Below are positions 47,617 through 57,491 of a stretch of DNA of 64,000 nucleotides, one piece after another (the stretch's first letter is position 1; each line of letters opens with the position of its first letter). The notes under the pieces are model-generated. The model was not told the origin of the DNA and searched no databases. It saw nothing but the letters and a program-made list of their open reading frames with translations. The position numbers and the translations under genes are program-made. This DNA comes from Clostridiales bacterium (GTDB lineage: Bacteria; Bacillota; Clostridia; Saccharofermentanales; Saccharofermentanaceae): contig JAFXPN010000041.1 in assembly GCA_017527865.1 (NCBI GenBank), positions 6,263 to 70,262 on the forward strand, in the 5' to 3' direction.

Positions 47617-48150
47617 TCAGAAATCTTTCCTGTAAGGGTGCGGGATCGGCGTCCTTAAGGTCTTGCTGAGATCTTCCTTGAATTCAATGAACATATCCAC
47701 ATCAAATTCCGCGCCCGCGCACGCGATCTCGAATTCAACCTCACCGTACAGCGCATACCAGCCGGTCTTCTTAAAACCGTTCCTTCTGTAGAAATTCCTG
47801 CGCTTAATACAAACGGCAGGATCGACATTAGGGCTTTCCGGAGCTTCGTATTCAACTATCACCTGCTTCTCATAATACTGATCTGCAAGTTCTTCCACGG
47901 CAGCCGTGCCGAAGCCGCGCGATCTGCTGTCTCTTGCGATCGCAAGGTAAGCCAGATAGATGATGTCCTTATATTCTCTTACAACAGCGAATCCGATAGC
48001 CTCCGAATACTCGTAAATGGCCATCACCGTAGCACCGGTATCGACAAGGTTCAATATAAGAGACTTATCTTCCATCGAGATAGGCTCTTCATTGATCCTC
48101 TCAAGTACCGGTATAGTAGACGATTCCCTTGTAAGTCTTACAAACTCCAT
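47617..48150 (-). CDS. GNAT-family N-acetyltransferase
   Basis: 177 aa with acetyl-CoA motif A (IARDSRSRGFGTAAVEEL) and a C-terminal FYRRNGF. AGGAGTAGGA RBS. Confidence 0.7.
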   Translation of the reverse strand: MEFVRLTRESSTIPVLERINEEPISMEDKSLILNLVDTGATVMAIYEYSEAIGFAVVREYKDIIYLAYLAIARDSRSRGFGTAAVEELADQYYEKQVIVEYEAPESPNVDPAVCIKRRNFYRRNGFKKTGWYALYGEVEFEIACAGAEFDVDMFIEFKEDLSKTLRTPIPHPYRKDF

Positions 48151-48258
48151 TCCTACTCCTCTTGCATAAACAGGAAATTATCAACCGTAATTATAATACT
48201 ATATCATTAATACAACAAAAACATCATTTGCCCTTTATCTCGATGCGGTCAAGTATTT

Positions 48259-48819
48259 TCACGATATCGTATCGGGATGCTGGATGCGGCGCTTTATGTC
48301 GGCAGCTGCTTCTTCGCCCTTAAGCATCTTTATGATCTCCAAACCCTCTTCAATACAGGCTCCGAGACCGCGTCCGGTAGTGATCAGCCCGTCGGTCGTG
48401 ACCAGTTCCCCCGTATACTCTCCGCAGGAAAGTTTATCTTCCCAACCCGGGAAACATGTGGCCTTCTTTTCGGTCAATATGCCCGCTTTGCCCAGCACCG
48501 CCGGTCCTGCGCATACGGCTCCGATCCGCTTGCCGTCTTCGTTGAACTTACGGATGAGGTCTGCCAGCCCCTCGTGGGCCAGCATATTGGTGACACCCGG
48601 CATGCCGCCCGGAATGAACAGCATATCGGAATCTGAATAGTCTTCGGTATCAAACTTCCCGTCGGCGATGATCGTCACTTTGTGGGACGATACGATCTTC
48701 TCTGTCTCCATTACGGATATAAGCCTGACTTCGATCCCTGCCCTCCGCAGCAGATCGACTATTGTCAGGCATTCTGTTTCTTCCGTTCCGTCAGCGATAA
48801 AAACAGTAACTTTACACAT
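48259..48819 (-). CDS. DJ-1/PfpI (ThiJ/YajL) family protein
   Basis: 186 aa with a nucleophile elbow (IGAVCAGPAVL) and an LFIPGGMPG motif. Confidence 0.8.
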   Translation of the reverse strand: MCKVTVFIADGTEETECLTIVDLLRRAGIEVRLISVMETEKIVSSHKVTIIADGKFDTEDYSDSDMLFIPGGMPGVTNMLAHEGLADLIRKFNEDGKRIGAVCAGPAVLGKAGILTEKKATCFPGWEDKLSCGEYTGELVTTDGLITTGRGLGACIEEGLEIIKMLKGEEAAADIKRRIQHPDTIS

Positions 48820-48919
48820 ATACTTTCCCCTTTTTAATGTCTTTGATTAATTATAACGGAATATAGCATTTGTAAGAAACCGGGATAAATAATCGATAGT
48901 TTGTGTAATCCAATAGAAA

Positions 48920-48941
48920 GGGACCGCCCGCGAGCGGTCCC
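48920..48941 (-). terminator. Rho-independent terminator after ilvE
   Basis: The minus-strand RNA reads GGGACCGC-UCGCGG-GCGGUCCC followed by UUUCUAUU. It lies 25 nt after the ilvE stop. Confidence 0.6.
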
Positions 48942-48965
48942 ACACAAGATACTTATAAACAGATA

Positions 48966-50000
48966 TCAAACTTCGATCGGAACGATCCAGCCTTCCGGCG
49001 CTTCGACCGTACCCAGCTGGATACCGGTCAGGGTCTCGCGAAGCTTGGTCATGACAGGACCCATCTCGGTCATGCCGTTAGAGAACTCGAATTCCCTGCC
49101 GTGATCGTTGATCTTGCCCAGAGGCGAGATAACTGCGGCAGTACCGCAGAGACCGCCCTCGGTGAACGCTCCGCCCATAACCTCTTCAAGAGTGACTTCG
49201 CGCTCGTCGACCTTCATGCCGCAGTAGTGCTCGGCAACATAGACAAGAGATCTTCTTGTGATCGAAGGAAGGATGGAACCGGACTTCGGAACTATCAGCG
49301 TGCCGTTGCCGTCCGTAAAGATAATGTTGGCACCGCCTGTCTCCTCGATCTTTGTCCTCGTCTGGGGATCAAGATAGATATTCTCGGCGAATCCTTCCTT
49401 ATGAGCCGTAACGATGGCGTGAAGGCTCATGGCATAGTTAAGACCTGCTTTGATGCAGCCTGTTCCGTGCGGAGCAGCGCGGTCGAAGTCGGAGATCTTA
49501 ACGACGATAGGCTTTGCTCCTCCCTTGAAGTAGGGACCTACGGGTGTCGCGAAGATACGGTACTGATAATCCTCAGCGGGCTTAACGCCGATGACGGGAT
49601 TGATACCGAAGATATAAGGTCTCAGGTAAAGAGAAGCGCCCGAACCGTACGGAGGCACCCATGCCGCATTCGCCGCAACAGTCTCCTTAACGGATCTTAT
49701 GAACATCTCTTCCGTTATCGGAGGGATCTCAAGGCGTACTGCGGAATCGTGAAGTCTGGCGGCATTTAAGTCAGGGCGGAAAGTAACGATCCTTCCGTCA
49801 ACTGTCTCGTAAGCCTTTAAGCCTTCGAATACAGTCTGTGCATATTGAAGGACACCGGCACACTCGCTCATCACGATCATATCGTCATCAACAAGTCCGC
49901 CCTCGTCCCATGCGCCGTTCGTGAAATTTGCTACGAAACGCTTGTCTGTCTTCGTGTAACCGAATGTCAGATTTGACCAGTCAAGATTCTTCTTTTCCAT
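48966..50000 (-). CDS. ilvE: Branched-chain amino acid aminotransferase (class IV, long form)
   Basis: The start was moved to MEKKNLDWSNLTFGY (ATG 49998-50000). Motifs include VFEGLKAY, ASLYLRP, and GTGCIKAGLNYA in the PLP-Lys region. Length about 344 aa. Confidence 0.85.
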   Translation of the reverse strand: MEKKNLDWSNLTFGYTKTDKRFVANFTNGAWDEGGLVDDDMIVMSECAGVLQYAQTVFEGLKAYETVDGRIVTFRPDLNAARLHDSAVRLEIPPITEEMFIRSVKETVAANAAWVPPYGSGASLYLRPYIFGINPVIGVKPAEDYQYRIFATPVGPYFKGGAKPIVVKISDFDRAAPHGTGCIKAGLNYAMSLHAIVTAHKEGFAENIYLDPQTRTKIEETGGANIIFTDGNGTLIVPKSGSILPSITRRSLVYVAEHYCGMKVDEREVTLEEVMGGAFTEGGLCGTAAVISPLGKINDHGREFEFSNGMTEMGPVMTKLRETLTGIQLGTVEAPEGWIVPIEV

Positions 50001-50098
50001 GCTCAAGAAAACCTCTTTTCTTAAATAAATATCAACCATTATAGCACTCGCTTAACGGTTATTGTATAATCATCAATGGAATTAGAGGAGGATATGAT

Positions 50099-51655
50099 AT
50101 GAATTGGAATGACGATCTTAACAGGAAGATAGATTCCTTCGATCCCAACACCCCGTTCGGCAAGATCGAGAAAGATGCTTTTCGCAAAGCAGATGCTCCG
50201 TCCCCCTGGGATAACAATGATCTCGATGCATTCTCGGCCAACACCAAGAAGTGCCCGGGATGCGGCGCCAACCTGATCTTCGAAGCCGAGTCGGGCGTTC
50301 TCATCTGCAGATCCTGCGGCAATGTCTACGATCCGCAGACCATGGAGATGAACGGTTCCCTCGGGATAGAGAACCCCGAGCAGGAATACGGTGTAGATGA
50401 CGAGATCGATTACGAAGACCGCGGCAATCAGGAGATCGTCTGCAACTCCTGCGGTTCGCAGATCGTAACCGATGCCAACACGGCAGCGACCATATGCCCG
50501 TTCTGCGGATCCCCTGCCCTTGTCACGAGAAAGCTCACAAGGCAGTTCCGTCCCGATGCGATACTGCCGTTCTCGATCACCGAGGAAAAAGCCAAGCAGA
50601 TCTATAAAGAGCACGTATCTTCAGTCGCCCATGTGCCCAAGGCGTTTACTTCGAGCGCGACGATAGAGAAGATGAGAGGAATGTATATACCGTTCTGGCT
50701 CATCTCGGCAGACGTAAAGATGGATATCGGCGGATGGGAGAGAAGAGTTATCGACGGAAGCGCCTATTACGATCCGATCAAACAGGAAACAAACGGCAAT
50801 CATGCGATGAGCTTCCCGATGGACGGAACGGTTGAATTCTCGCTTAAGAATATCCCATTCGACGGATCGAGAAAGATATCGAACAGGCTTATGCAGGCAT
50901 GCGAACCGTTCGATTTCTCGGAGCTCGTTCCCTATAACGCCTCCTACCTCACGGGTTTCCTTGCGGAGAAATACGATACACAGCCCAAGGATATGTACGA
51001 TGTCATTAAAGCGCGTCTCGACAATTACTGCCACGAGATAGCCGACAGCGTGCAGTTCGAGGACTGCGACCACTTCGATTACAACTCGGCGTACACCGGC
51101 ATCAAATACAGCAATTTCAGCATAATCTACTGTCTGCTCCCGATATGGTTTCTCAACGTCAAGTATGAGGATCAGAATTACAGATTCGCGATAAACGGCC
51201 AGACGGGAGAAGTCTGCGGCACCCTGCCCGAGACATTCGCGGGCAATGCCCTGTGGAGAGCTGCGGAATGGATGAATAATTTTTCCTCAGGAGCCAACAG
51301 ACAGCTGCGCCATATGTTCTATATCATACCGGGCTGTGCATTCGGCTTCTTTTTGGGTCTGATGAGGTCATTCCCCAGACGCGGAATGAGTTCTCCGTTT
51401 GCCATTAACTTCCTTGTTGCCGTCGGCGCGATCATAACGTTCTTAATGATCATCGGCGTATTCGCAACCCCCGCCCTGTATCAGAAGGCCCAACAGAAGA
51501 GGGGGACGATCGGTGTCTCCAATCCCAGAAGGCTCGACAAGATGCCGGAAGCTTCCTTCTACCTTGACACGACTAAGAAGATCCGCGCTAGAAAGAAGCT
51601 CGCCGAAGGCGGAGTTGCCGGCATCGTAATGCCGCACAAGCTCGAGGACAACTGA
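50099..51655 (+). CDS. Hypothetical double zinc-ribbon protein with C-terminal membrane anchor
   Basis: 518 aa. It has two CxxC...CxxC ribbons (CPGCGANLIFEAESGVLICRSCG and CNSCGSQIVTDANTAATICPFCG). These are followed by a soluble region of about 270 aa, two TM helices and a basic tail. AGAGGAGG RBS. Confidence 0.5.
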   Translation: MNWNDDLNRKIDSFDPNTPFGKIEKDAFRKADAPSPWDNNDLDAFSANTKKCPGCGANLIFEAESGVLICRSCGNVYDPQTMEMNGSLGIENPEQEYGVDDEIDYEDRGNQEIVCNSCGSQIVTDANTAATICPFCGSPALVTRKLTRQFRPDAILPFSITEEKAKQIYKEHVSSVAHVPKAFTSSATIEKMRGMYIPFWLISADVKMDIGGWERRVIDGSAYYDPIKQETNGNHAMSFPMDGTVEFSLKNIPFDGSRKISNRLMQACEPFDFSELVPYNASYLTGFLAEKYDTQPKDMYDVIKARLDNYCHEIADSVQFEDCDHFDYNSAYTGIKYSNFSIIYCLLPIWFLNVKYEDQNYRFAINGQTGEVCGTLPETFAGNALWRAAEWMNNFSSGANRQLRHMFYIIPGCAFGFFLGLMRSFPRRGMSSPFAINFLVAVGAIITFLMIIGVFATPALYQKAQQKRGTIGVSNPRRLDKMPEASFYLDTTKKIRARKKLAEGGVAGIVMPHKLEDN

Positions 51656-52164
51656 TGAAGATACTGATATTAAGCGACTCGCACGAACACTCCGAGCTGA
51701 TAGTTAAGGCCGTAAAACTCGAGAAGCCCGACATGCTCATACACTTAGGAGACCTCGAGGATTCACGTGATTATGTTGAACAGATGGCGGGTTCCCCGAA
51801 GGTCGCATGCGTATTCGTAAGGGGAAACTGCGACTATTCGTCACAGGGATATCTTCCTTCGCAGGCGGTGTTCAGTCTTAAAGGCCACAAGATCTACTGC
51901 ACTCACGGCGACAGGCTCAATGTCAAGATGGGAGTGGACAGGCTCGTTTATACCGCACAGGATGAAGGATGCGACATTGCGATGTACGGACACACGCACG
52001 TTCCTTTCAACGAATTTGTCGAAGGCTCGTTCGGAACCCCTAAGGTGCATGTATTAAATCCCGGCAGCATCGCTTTGCCGAGACTTCCCTACAAACCGTC
52101 TTACATGGTAATGAACATGAAGGATGACGGAGCATACGAGGTCGAACTCAAGAACCTGACTTGA
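51655..52164 (+). CDS. YfcE/MJ0936-family metallophosphoesterase
   Basis: Motifs are ILSDSHE, HLGDL, GNCD, THGD and GHTH. TGATG overlap with the preceding gene. Confidence 0.8.
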   Translation: MKILILSDSHEHSELIVKAVKLEKPDMLIHLGDLEDSRDYVEQMAGSPKVACVFVRGNCDYSSQGYLPSQAVFSLKGHKIYCTHGDRLNVKMGVDRLVYTAQDEGCDIAMYGHTHVPFNEFVEGSFGTPKVHVLNPGSIALPRLPYKPSYMVMNMKDDGAYEVELKNLT

Positions 52165-52195
52165 CCGCCCCCGCGGCACGGGACGGCGCACAGGT

Positions 52196-53074
52196 TCACG
52201 CTTCAACGTGCTTGAGATTCCAGTACCAGCGGAACACCGCCATGCCGATGACGATCACATAACCCGCGATGCTTAATGCGTTGGGGATCTCTCCCAGGAA
52301 GACAATGCCGAGCATAGCGGCAAATATGACCTGCGTATAGTCAAAGACCGATATCTCCCTGGCGGGAGCAAACTTATAGGCAGAAGTTATGGCGAACTGG
52401 GCAACGGCCGCGAATATGCCTGCGATCATCAGACATCCTAACTGCCACCATTCCATCGGGCTGTAATTGAATATCATGAACGGAGCCGTAAGAAGGCACG
52501 AGAACAAGGAGAAGCACAATACTATAACGGGAGTCCTCTCACCCCGGCCTCCCAGGAACCTTATGTAGGTATATGCGATGCCTGCGCCCGCGCCTCCCCA
52601 TATGCCTGCGAGGGCCGGCAGGACTGACATGTCGCCCGTCGGCCTTGCGATCAGTATTACGCCCATAAATGCGATCACGGTAGTCATCACATCCACCTTT
52701 GAAGGTTTCTCTTTAAGTATGGGGATCGATGCAAGTATCGCAAAGAACGGAGACAGCTTATTGAGCATGTTCGCATCCGCAAGGGGAAGATTGTCGATCG
52801 CATAGAAATTACACATGAGACCTGTCGTGCCGAACAGGCACCTTAGGAATATATACCTGCCGTTTCCCTTGCGGATCTTAAATTTCTCCTCTGATCTTTG
52901 CAGGGATATGAAAGCGATGACCGCAGCAAAAGCATTGCGAAAAAAGGCTTTCTGCATGGTCGGAACATCACCTGACATCCTCACGAAGAATGTCATGAGA
53001 GCAAATCCGAAGGCAGCAAGCAGAATGCAGCCTATGCCCTTGGCGTGATTGCTTTGAAGCTTGAGGGAAGACAC
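52196..53074 (-). CDS. EamA/DMT-family transporter (GTG start)
   Basis: 292 aa with 10 predicted TM helices in two EamA-like halves. The GTG start lies 1 nt after the upstream stop, with GGAG 6 nt upstream. Confidence 0.75.
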   Translation of the reverse strand: MSSLKLQSNHAKGIGCILLAAFGFALMTFFVRMSGDVPTMQKAFFRNAFAAVIAFISLQRSEEKFKIRKGNGRYIFLRCLFGTTGLMCNFYAIDNLPLADANMLNKLSPFFAILASIPILKEKPSKVDVMTTVIAFMGVILIARPTGDMSVLPALAGIWGGAGAGIAYTYIRFLGGRGERTPVIVLCFSLFSCLLTAPFMIFNYSPMEWWQLGCLMIAGIFAAVAQFAITSAYKFAPAREISVFDYTQVIFAAMLGIVFLGEIPNALSIAGYVIVIGMAVFRWYWNLKHVEA

Positions 53075-53075
53075 C

Positions 53076-54107
53076 TTACTCCGGAAGGATCCTCTCTACG
53101 GCCTTGAATCCCGTGGTCTTGGCAAACTTCATATTGCATTCGAATCCTCCGACCGCATCGGAAGGATCGATCATCTCCATGTTGAGTGACAGGAGCTGAT
53201 TGCGTTCGAACTTTGCAGATACGATCGTTATCTCGGTATCGTGTCCGGTTGCAGTATTGAGAATGGTGTCGACTGCATGTACATAAACCTTATCAACGGG
53301 AAGCAGCGCAAATGAATCACGGGCAACCCTTATCATGGTCGAGCATATGTAATCCTGGACCAGTGAATAGTAATTGGTCTTGCTCATCTCTTTCTCGCTT
53401 ATGTCGCCGTTTGCCTTTAAGGACAGTTCGGTCTTGGGCACGACTTCTTCAGACTTAACATTGAACTCGACCTCAAGAACGTCCCTGCGGTCCGTACCGA
53501 CCTCGAAGGATGAACCGTAATCAAGAAGGTCATCATAGGGCTTAACTTCAGCAATGATCTCGAAGTAGGAGTCCACATCGCCCGCAATAACGCGGTCGGA
53601 GAACCTCTTGAGATCTTCCCACTGCTTATACTCTTCCGAACCGGGAACAAGATTGCCCGGAATTCTCCCCTTATTGAGCGCTTCCCAGTCGATATACCCG
53701 TCGGTCGCCTTATGGACAGATTTGATCGCGGCCACATATGCTTCGTACTCGGCAACCTTCGCTTTGTTCTCCTCGGTCAGAGCAGCTCTTTCCCGGGCCT
53801 TCGCCTGAGCCTCCTGCTCCTTGGCGCTGACATCAGCCTTGGCAGCAGCGGTCTTGGAGGTCTTGCCTCCCTTATCTGCCTTCTCCGCCTTATCCTTATC
53901 TTTCTTGCCGAACAGATTCTTGAGGCTCAGCTGCTTCTTATAATAGACACCCGTTCCCGGAATGCCTATGCTGGTCGTAGACTTTCCCGTCGCGCTTATC
54001 GTCTCGCGAAGTCCGTTCTTGCCAAAGCTTACCGAGGGTCCGCTCTTGGATAGATTAAGCTTCACACCCGGCGCGATCGTAATGCTCTTTCTGAAACAAA
54101 GTCCCAT
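53076..54107 (-). CDS. DUF4236-type N-terminal domain protein with Lys/Ala-rich coiled-coil and unknown C-terminal domain
   Basis: The N-terminus (MGLCFRKSITIAPGVKLNLSKSGPSVSFGKNGLRETISATGKSTTSIGIPGTGVYY) matches the DUF4236 pattern as I recall it. GGAGGAAGG RBS. Confidence 0.55.
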   Translation of the reverse strand: MGLCFRKSITIAPGVKLNLSKSGPSVSFGKNGLRETISATGKSTTSIGIPGTGVYYKKQLSLKNLFGKKDKDKAEKADKGGKTSKTAAAKADVSAKEQEAQAKARERAALTEENKAKVAEYEAYVAAIKSVHKATDGYIDWEALNKGRIPGNLVPGSEEYKQWEDLKRFSDRVIAGDVDSYFEIIAEVKPYDDLLDYGSSFEVGTDRRDVLEVEFNVKSEEVVPKTELSLKANGDISEKEMSKTNYYSLVQDYICSTMIRVARDSFALLPVDKVYVHAVDTILNTATGHDTEITIVSAKFERNQLLSLNMEMIDPSDAVGGFECNMKFAKTTGFKAVERILPE

Positions 54108-54220
54108 CTGTCCTTCCTCCGTAACTCCAAATGAAATATAAATTTAACTTAATATACAGCTATTTTACTACACGAGGGTGTCTTAAAAAGGTAAAATTTT
54201 CTCAAAAGAAAGGAATGATC

Positions 54221-55825
54221 ATGAACGACAGGCCACGCATCATCAAAGTCAGCGAAGACTCTCTCGAATCCTTTGCGGTATTCGACAGTGACTTTTATGA
54301 CATAACGCTGCTCCCGCTGTCGATGACGAACAACTCCATAGTAGAGTGCAGCCACTACCGCAAGTTTACACTCGAAGACATGGAGCTCGTTCTGGAGAAG
54401 CTCATCGAAAAGGAAACGGAGACCGCTTATTTCTTTTTCGCGTGGTATGAGCCCATGATAGCGCATCTGTACGACAACCTCATGCTTGACACGCTCTTCG
54501 GGGATTACCCGGGCGCGATAGATTCGTACAGGCTCGCTTTCATGCCGCAGTCCGATGATGACCTGCTGTCCTGGATGCTCGCATATATGCTTCAGATGAT
54601 GAAGATCATGTCACCTGCGGAAGTACGGATGAAGGCCGCAGACTATCTTAACGCCGAAGCGCTGCTCCACATGATCGATCTTCAGGGGCGTGAGAGTTTT
54701 CTTCCCGTTGAGGAGCGCGAATACATCGACGAGATAATGGACGATTTCACTCGCGAGCTCGACAACGATCTGATACTGAAGGAAGCGGACAGATTTACCA
54801 AGAAGCTGTTCATTAAATACGTGAACATACTGTGCGATCACAAGAACTTCAACGCCCTGAGGATCAAAGGGTTTGCTTGTCTCGGAGGAAACTCCGTCTT
54901 TAAGTCCGATTACCGCGAGGGCGCCCGATGCATGGAGATCCTGTGGAAAGAAGGCGGATTCGGCTACGCGGCGAACACGCTGGGATTCATATATTACGAA
55001 GGAAGGCTTAACGGCGGGATACCGGACTTCGGCGAGGCGTTCAGATACTTTTCCATCGGCCACACATTCGGTGTATCGGAATCAACCTATAAACTCGCGC
55101 AGATGTTCACCGAAGGCATCTACGTCGCAAAGAATACCGAGATGGCCGCGTCGCTGCTCGAGCATCTTTATATCGATACGAGGATAAAGTTCGAACAGGA
55201 GGACTTCGAGTGTTCCTTTGCCGAGGCTGCGGTACATATGGGCAGGCTCGAGCTTCAGATATACAGGGAGGATCCGTCGCGGTTCCTGTTCATGCGCGGA
55301 CAGGCTCTTGATCTGTATCTGCAGGCAGGCTTCGCGCTCAAGATGAGATCACAGTTCGGGATGTCTGCAGGAGACCGCAAACTCCAGGACGAGATCAATG
55401 CCGTAACTGCCGAACTGCTGACTCAAATAAAAGTGTACAAATCCTCATATAAATCGGATTATCCCGATCCTTTGAGGGAATTCTTCACATACAGGCCATA
55501 CGGGGCTTACAGCCTGACACTGAAGAGACTTAAGAATGACAGACTCAAGATAACGGTCGGAAGGATCGCCGGAAAGAATGACATCGATCCTCCCCTTACC
55601 CTTATGACATACCCCGAATTCGCCTGCTGCGTTCTCACGGACAAAGTAAGTCTGACTGCGGGAAAAGCATCTGTATACGGAGATTTCCCGGAGGATGAGG
55701 TGATCTTCGACGATCTTGCCATTGAACCTTCCGCCAATGCCAACGGAACGCTCCTCAAGTTTTACCGGGACAAGAGACTGCTGATCACGATAAGGGCAGA
55801 GAATTTTACCGTAACCAAACCCTGA
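54221..55825 (+). CDS. Hypothetical protein with central Sel1/TPR-like repeats
   Basis: Sel1-like repeat strings include GYAANTLGFIYYEGRLNGGIPDFGEAFRYF and STYKLAQMFTEGIYVAKNTEMAASLLE. The start was chosen at MNDRP (AAAGGAA 7 nt upstream). The track start at 54131 is less likely. Confidence 0.45.
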   Translation: MNDRPRIIKVSEDSLESFAVFDSDFYDITLLPLSMTNNSIVECSHYRKFTLEDMELVLEKLIEKETETAYFFFAWYEPMIAHLYDNLMLDTLFGDYPGAIDSYRLAFMPQSDDDLLSWMLAYMLQMMKIMSPAEVRMKAADYLNAEALLHMIDLQGRESFLPVEEREYIDEIMDDFTRELDNDLILKEADRFTKKLFIKYVNILCDHKNFNALRIKGFACLGGNSVFKSDYREGARCMEILWKEGGFGYAANTLGFIYYEGRLNGGIPDFGEAFRYFSIGHTFGVSESTYKLAQMFTEGIYVAKNTEMAASLLEHLYIDTRIKFEQEDFECSFAEAAVHMGRLELQIYREDPSRFLFMRGQALDLYLQAGFALKMRSQFGMSAGDRKLQDEINAVTAELLTQIKVYKSSYKSDYPDPLREFFTYRPYGAYSLTLKRLKNDRLKITVGRIAGKNDIDPPLTLMTYPEFACCVLTDKVSLTAGKASVYGDFPEDEVIFDDLAIEPSANANGTLLKFYRDKRLLITIRAENFTVTKP

Positions 55826-55855
55826 TATCCTGTATGCCTTTAAGGAGGGCTTACG

Positions 55856-56719
55856 ATGACGGACAAGAGCCTGATGATATTCAGAACAGCCGCGGAATCC
55901 GGAAACTTCTCGGAGACGGCCCGGCGGCTTGATATATCGCCGGCAAAGGTTACGCGTACCATAATAAACCTTGAAGCCGAATTCGGACGCAGTCTGTTCA
56001 ATAAAGAGAACAGACCCGCGACTCTCACGGAATTCGGATGTTTCGTAAAAGAGATCCTGGATAACGGCCAGAGCACATCGCAAAGGATAGAACGCTACCT
56101 CAAAGAAAGAAAACAGAATACTATCCGCATAGGCTGCGCTTTTCCAGCATCATGGAGATCCGTATCGGGGATCTCGGGAAAACTCAAAAGGAAAGATCCC
56201 TCTGTAAAGCTCGCGGCTGTCGCCGGTGAATCATCCAGGATAATAAAGATGCTTTTCGCAAGAGAGCTCGACATCGCGGTCATACCGGATAGGATAAGCA
56301 TTGAGGATTACCGCATGGCGGGCGAACGCACCTGTAACTGGATAATAGCCGCGCCGTACGGGGTGCCGCTTACTGACAGGAATTACCTCACCCCCGATGA
56401 CCTTAATGCGGTGCCCCTGCTCATACCCGCAGAACGTTCGGGAATCGGGGCCGTCGGGGACTGGCTCGGGAAAAGATATGATATCGACCGGTCGGATACA
56501 TATAATGACAGGGAGACCATGGAATGCCTGATCGAAGAGGGCTGCGGATGCGCCTTTTTCCCCCAGGCGGGTGCCGATGCCCTGTTAATGCCCGGCCTCA
56601 TGATATACGCCTGCATCCCGAAGATTACCACGGCCCTTTACGTCTATATCAACCGCAGATCCCCGCATCCGGACATTCTGGAAAGATTTGCGTACTCTCT
56701 TGAACAGTACCCTATATAA
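55856..56719 (+). CDS. LysR-family transcriptional regulator
   Basis: The N-terminal HTH is FRTAAESGNFSETARRLDISPAKVTRTIINLEAEFG. AAGGAGGG RBS. Confidence 0.85.
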   Translation: MTDKSLMIFRTAAESGNFSETARRLDISPAKVTRTIINLEAEFGRSLFNKENRPATLTEFGCFVKEILDNGQSTSQRIERYLKERKQNTIRIGCAFPASWRSVSGISGKLKRKDPSVKLAAVAGESSRIIKMLFARELDIAVIPDRISIEDYRMAGERTCNWIIAAPYGVPLTDRNYLTPDDLNAVPLLIPAERSGIGAVGDWLGKRYDIDRSDTYNDRETMECLIEEGCGCAFFPQAGADALLMPGLMIYACIPKITTALYVYINRRSPHPDILERFAYSLEQYPI

Positions 56720-57491
56720 GTTCCAGATATCTTAACGCGTTATATATCCCGTCTTCCTTAAGACCCGTTGTTACGTAATCGGCGGCCTGTATTGCGGTCT
56801 TTGAGCCGCTTCCCATGGCGACCGAGAACCCCGCGGCTTCGAACATATCCATATCGTTCGCTCCGTCACCTATCGCGATCGTTTCCCTTATGTCGATGCC
56901 CTTAAGCTCACATAGCCTTCTCATCCCGGCTCCCTTCGAGAAGCCCCTGGGGACCATCTCTACTACCGTATCGTTATGCTCGATGATATCGAATTCATCT
57001 TTAAGCTCTTCATAACATGAATGCTTGTCGCATCCGGTCGTATCGCAGGAAAGCTTGGATATCTTCCATTTGCCGTAATTGTCAGTAAGACCGCGGCGGT
57101 TGCCGCCAAGATCGCGCATCACCTTGCGGCCGTATATGTCGTCCTTAAAATCATCGTAGTCCATATACAGATATTCGGGACCCTCGAGTATCGCCCTGAA
57201 CCCGTATCTTCTCACGGTATCCACGGCTCTCTTCGCTGTTTCATCCGACAGGAGGTGTTCATAGATCACTTCCCCCCGCTCTTCTATCCTGGAGCCGCAC
57301 CCTGTTATGATGCCGTCAAAAGGAAGCGCAAGCAGCGCGGGATCGGTCACATATCCTCTTGTCCTTCCCGTATTGATATATGCCATATGACCGTTTTGCT
57401 TAAGGAGTTTGAGCGCCCGGACCGTCGAACCGGGAATGACACTCTCGTAATCCCAGAGAGTGCCGTCTATGTCAAAGAAAACACATTTCAA
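56712..57491 (-). CDS. HAD-IIB (Cof-type) phosphatase, TTG start
   Basis: Motif I is VFFDIDGTLW, motif II is YINTGR, and motif IV is AIGDGANDMDMF. TTGA overlap with the upstream EAL gene stop. Confidence 0.75.
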   Translation of the reverse strand: MKCVFFDIDGTLWDYESVIPGSTVRALKLLKQNGHMAYINTGRTRGYVTDPALLALPFDGIITGCGSRIEERGEVIYEHLLSDETAKRAVDTVRRYGFRAILEGPEYLYMDYDDFKDDIYGRKVMRDLGGNRRGLTDNYGKWKISKLSCDTTGCDKHSCYEELKDEFDIIEHNDTVVEMVPRGFSKGAGMRRLCELKGIDIRETIAIGDGANDMDMFEAAGFSVAMGSGSKTAIQAADYVTTGLKEDGIYNALRYLELI

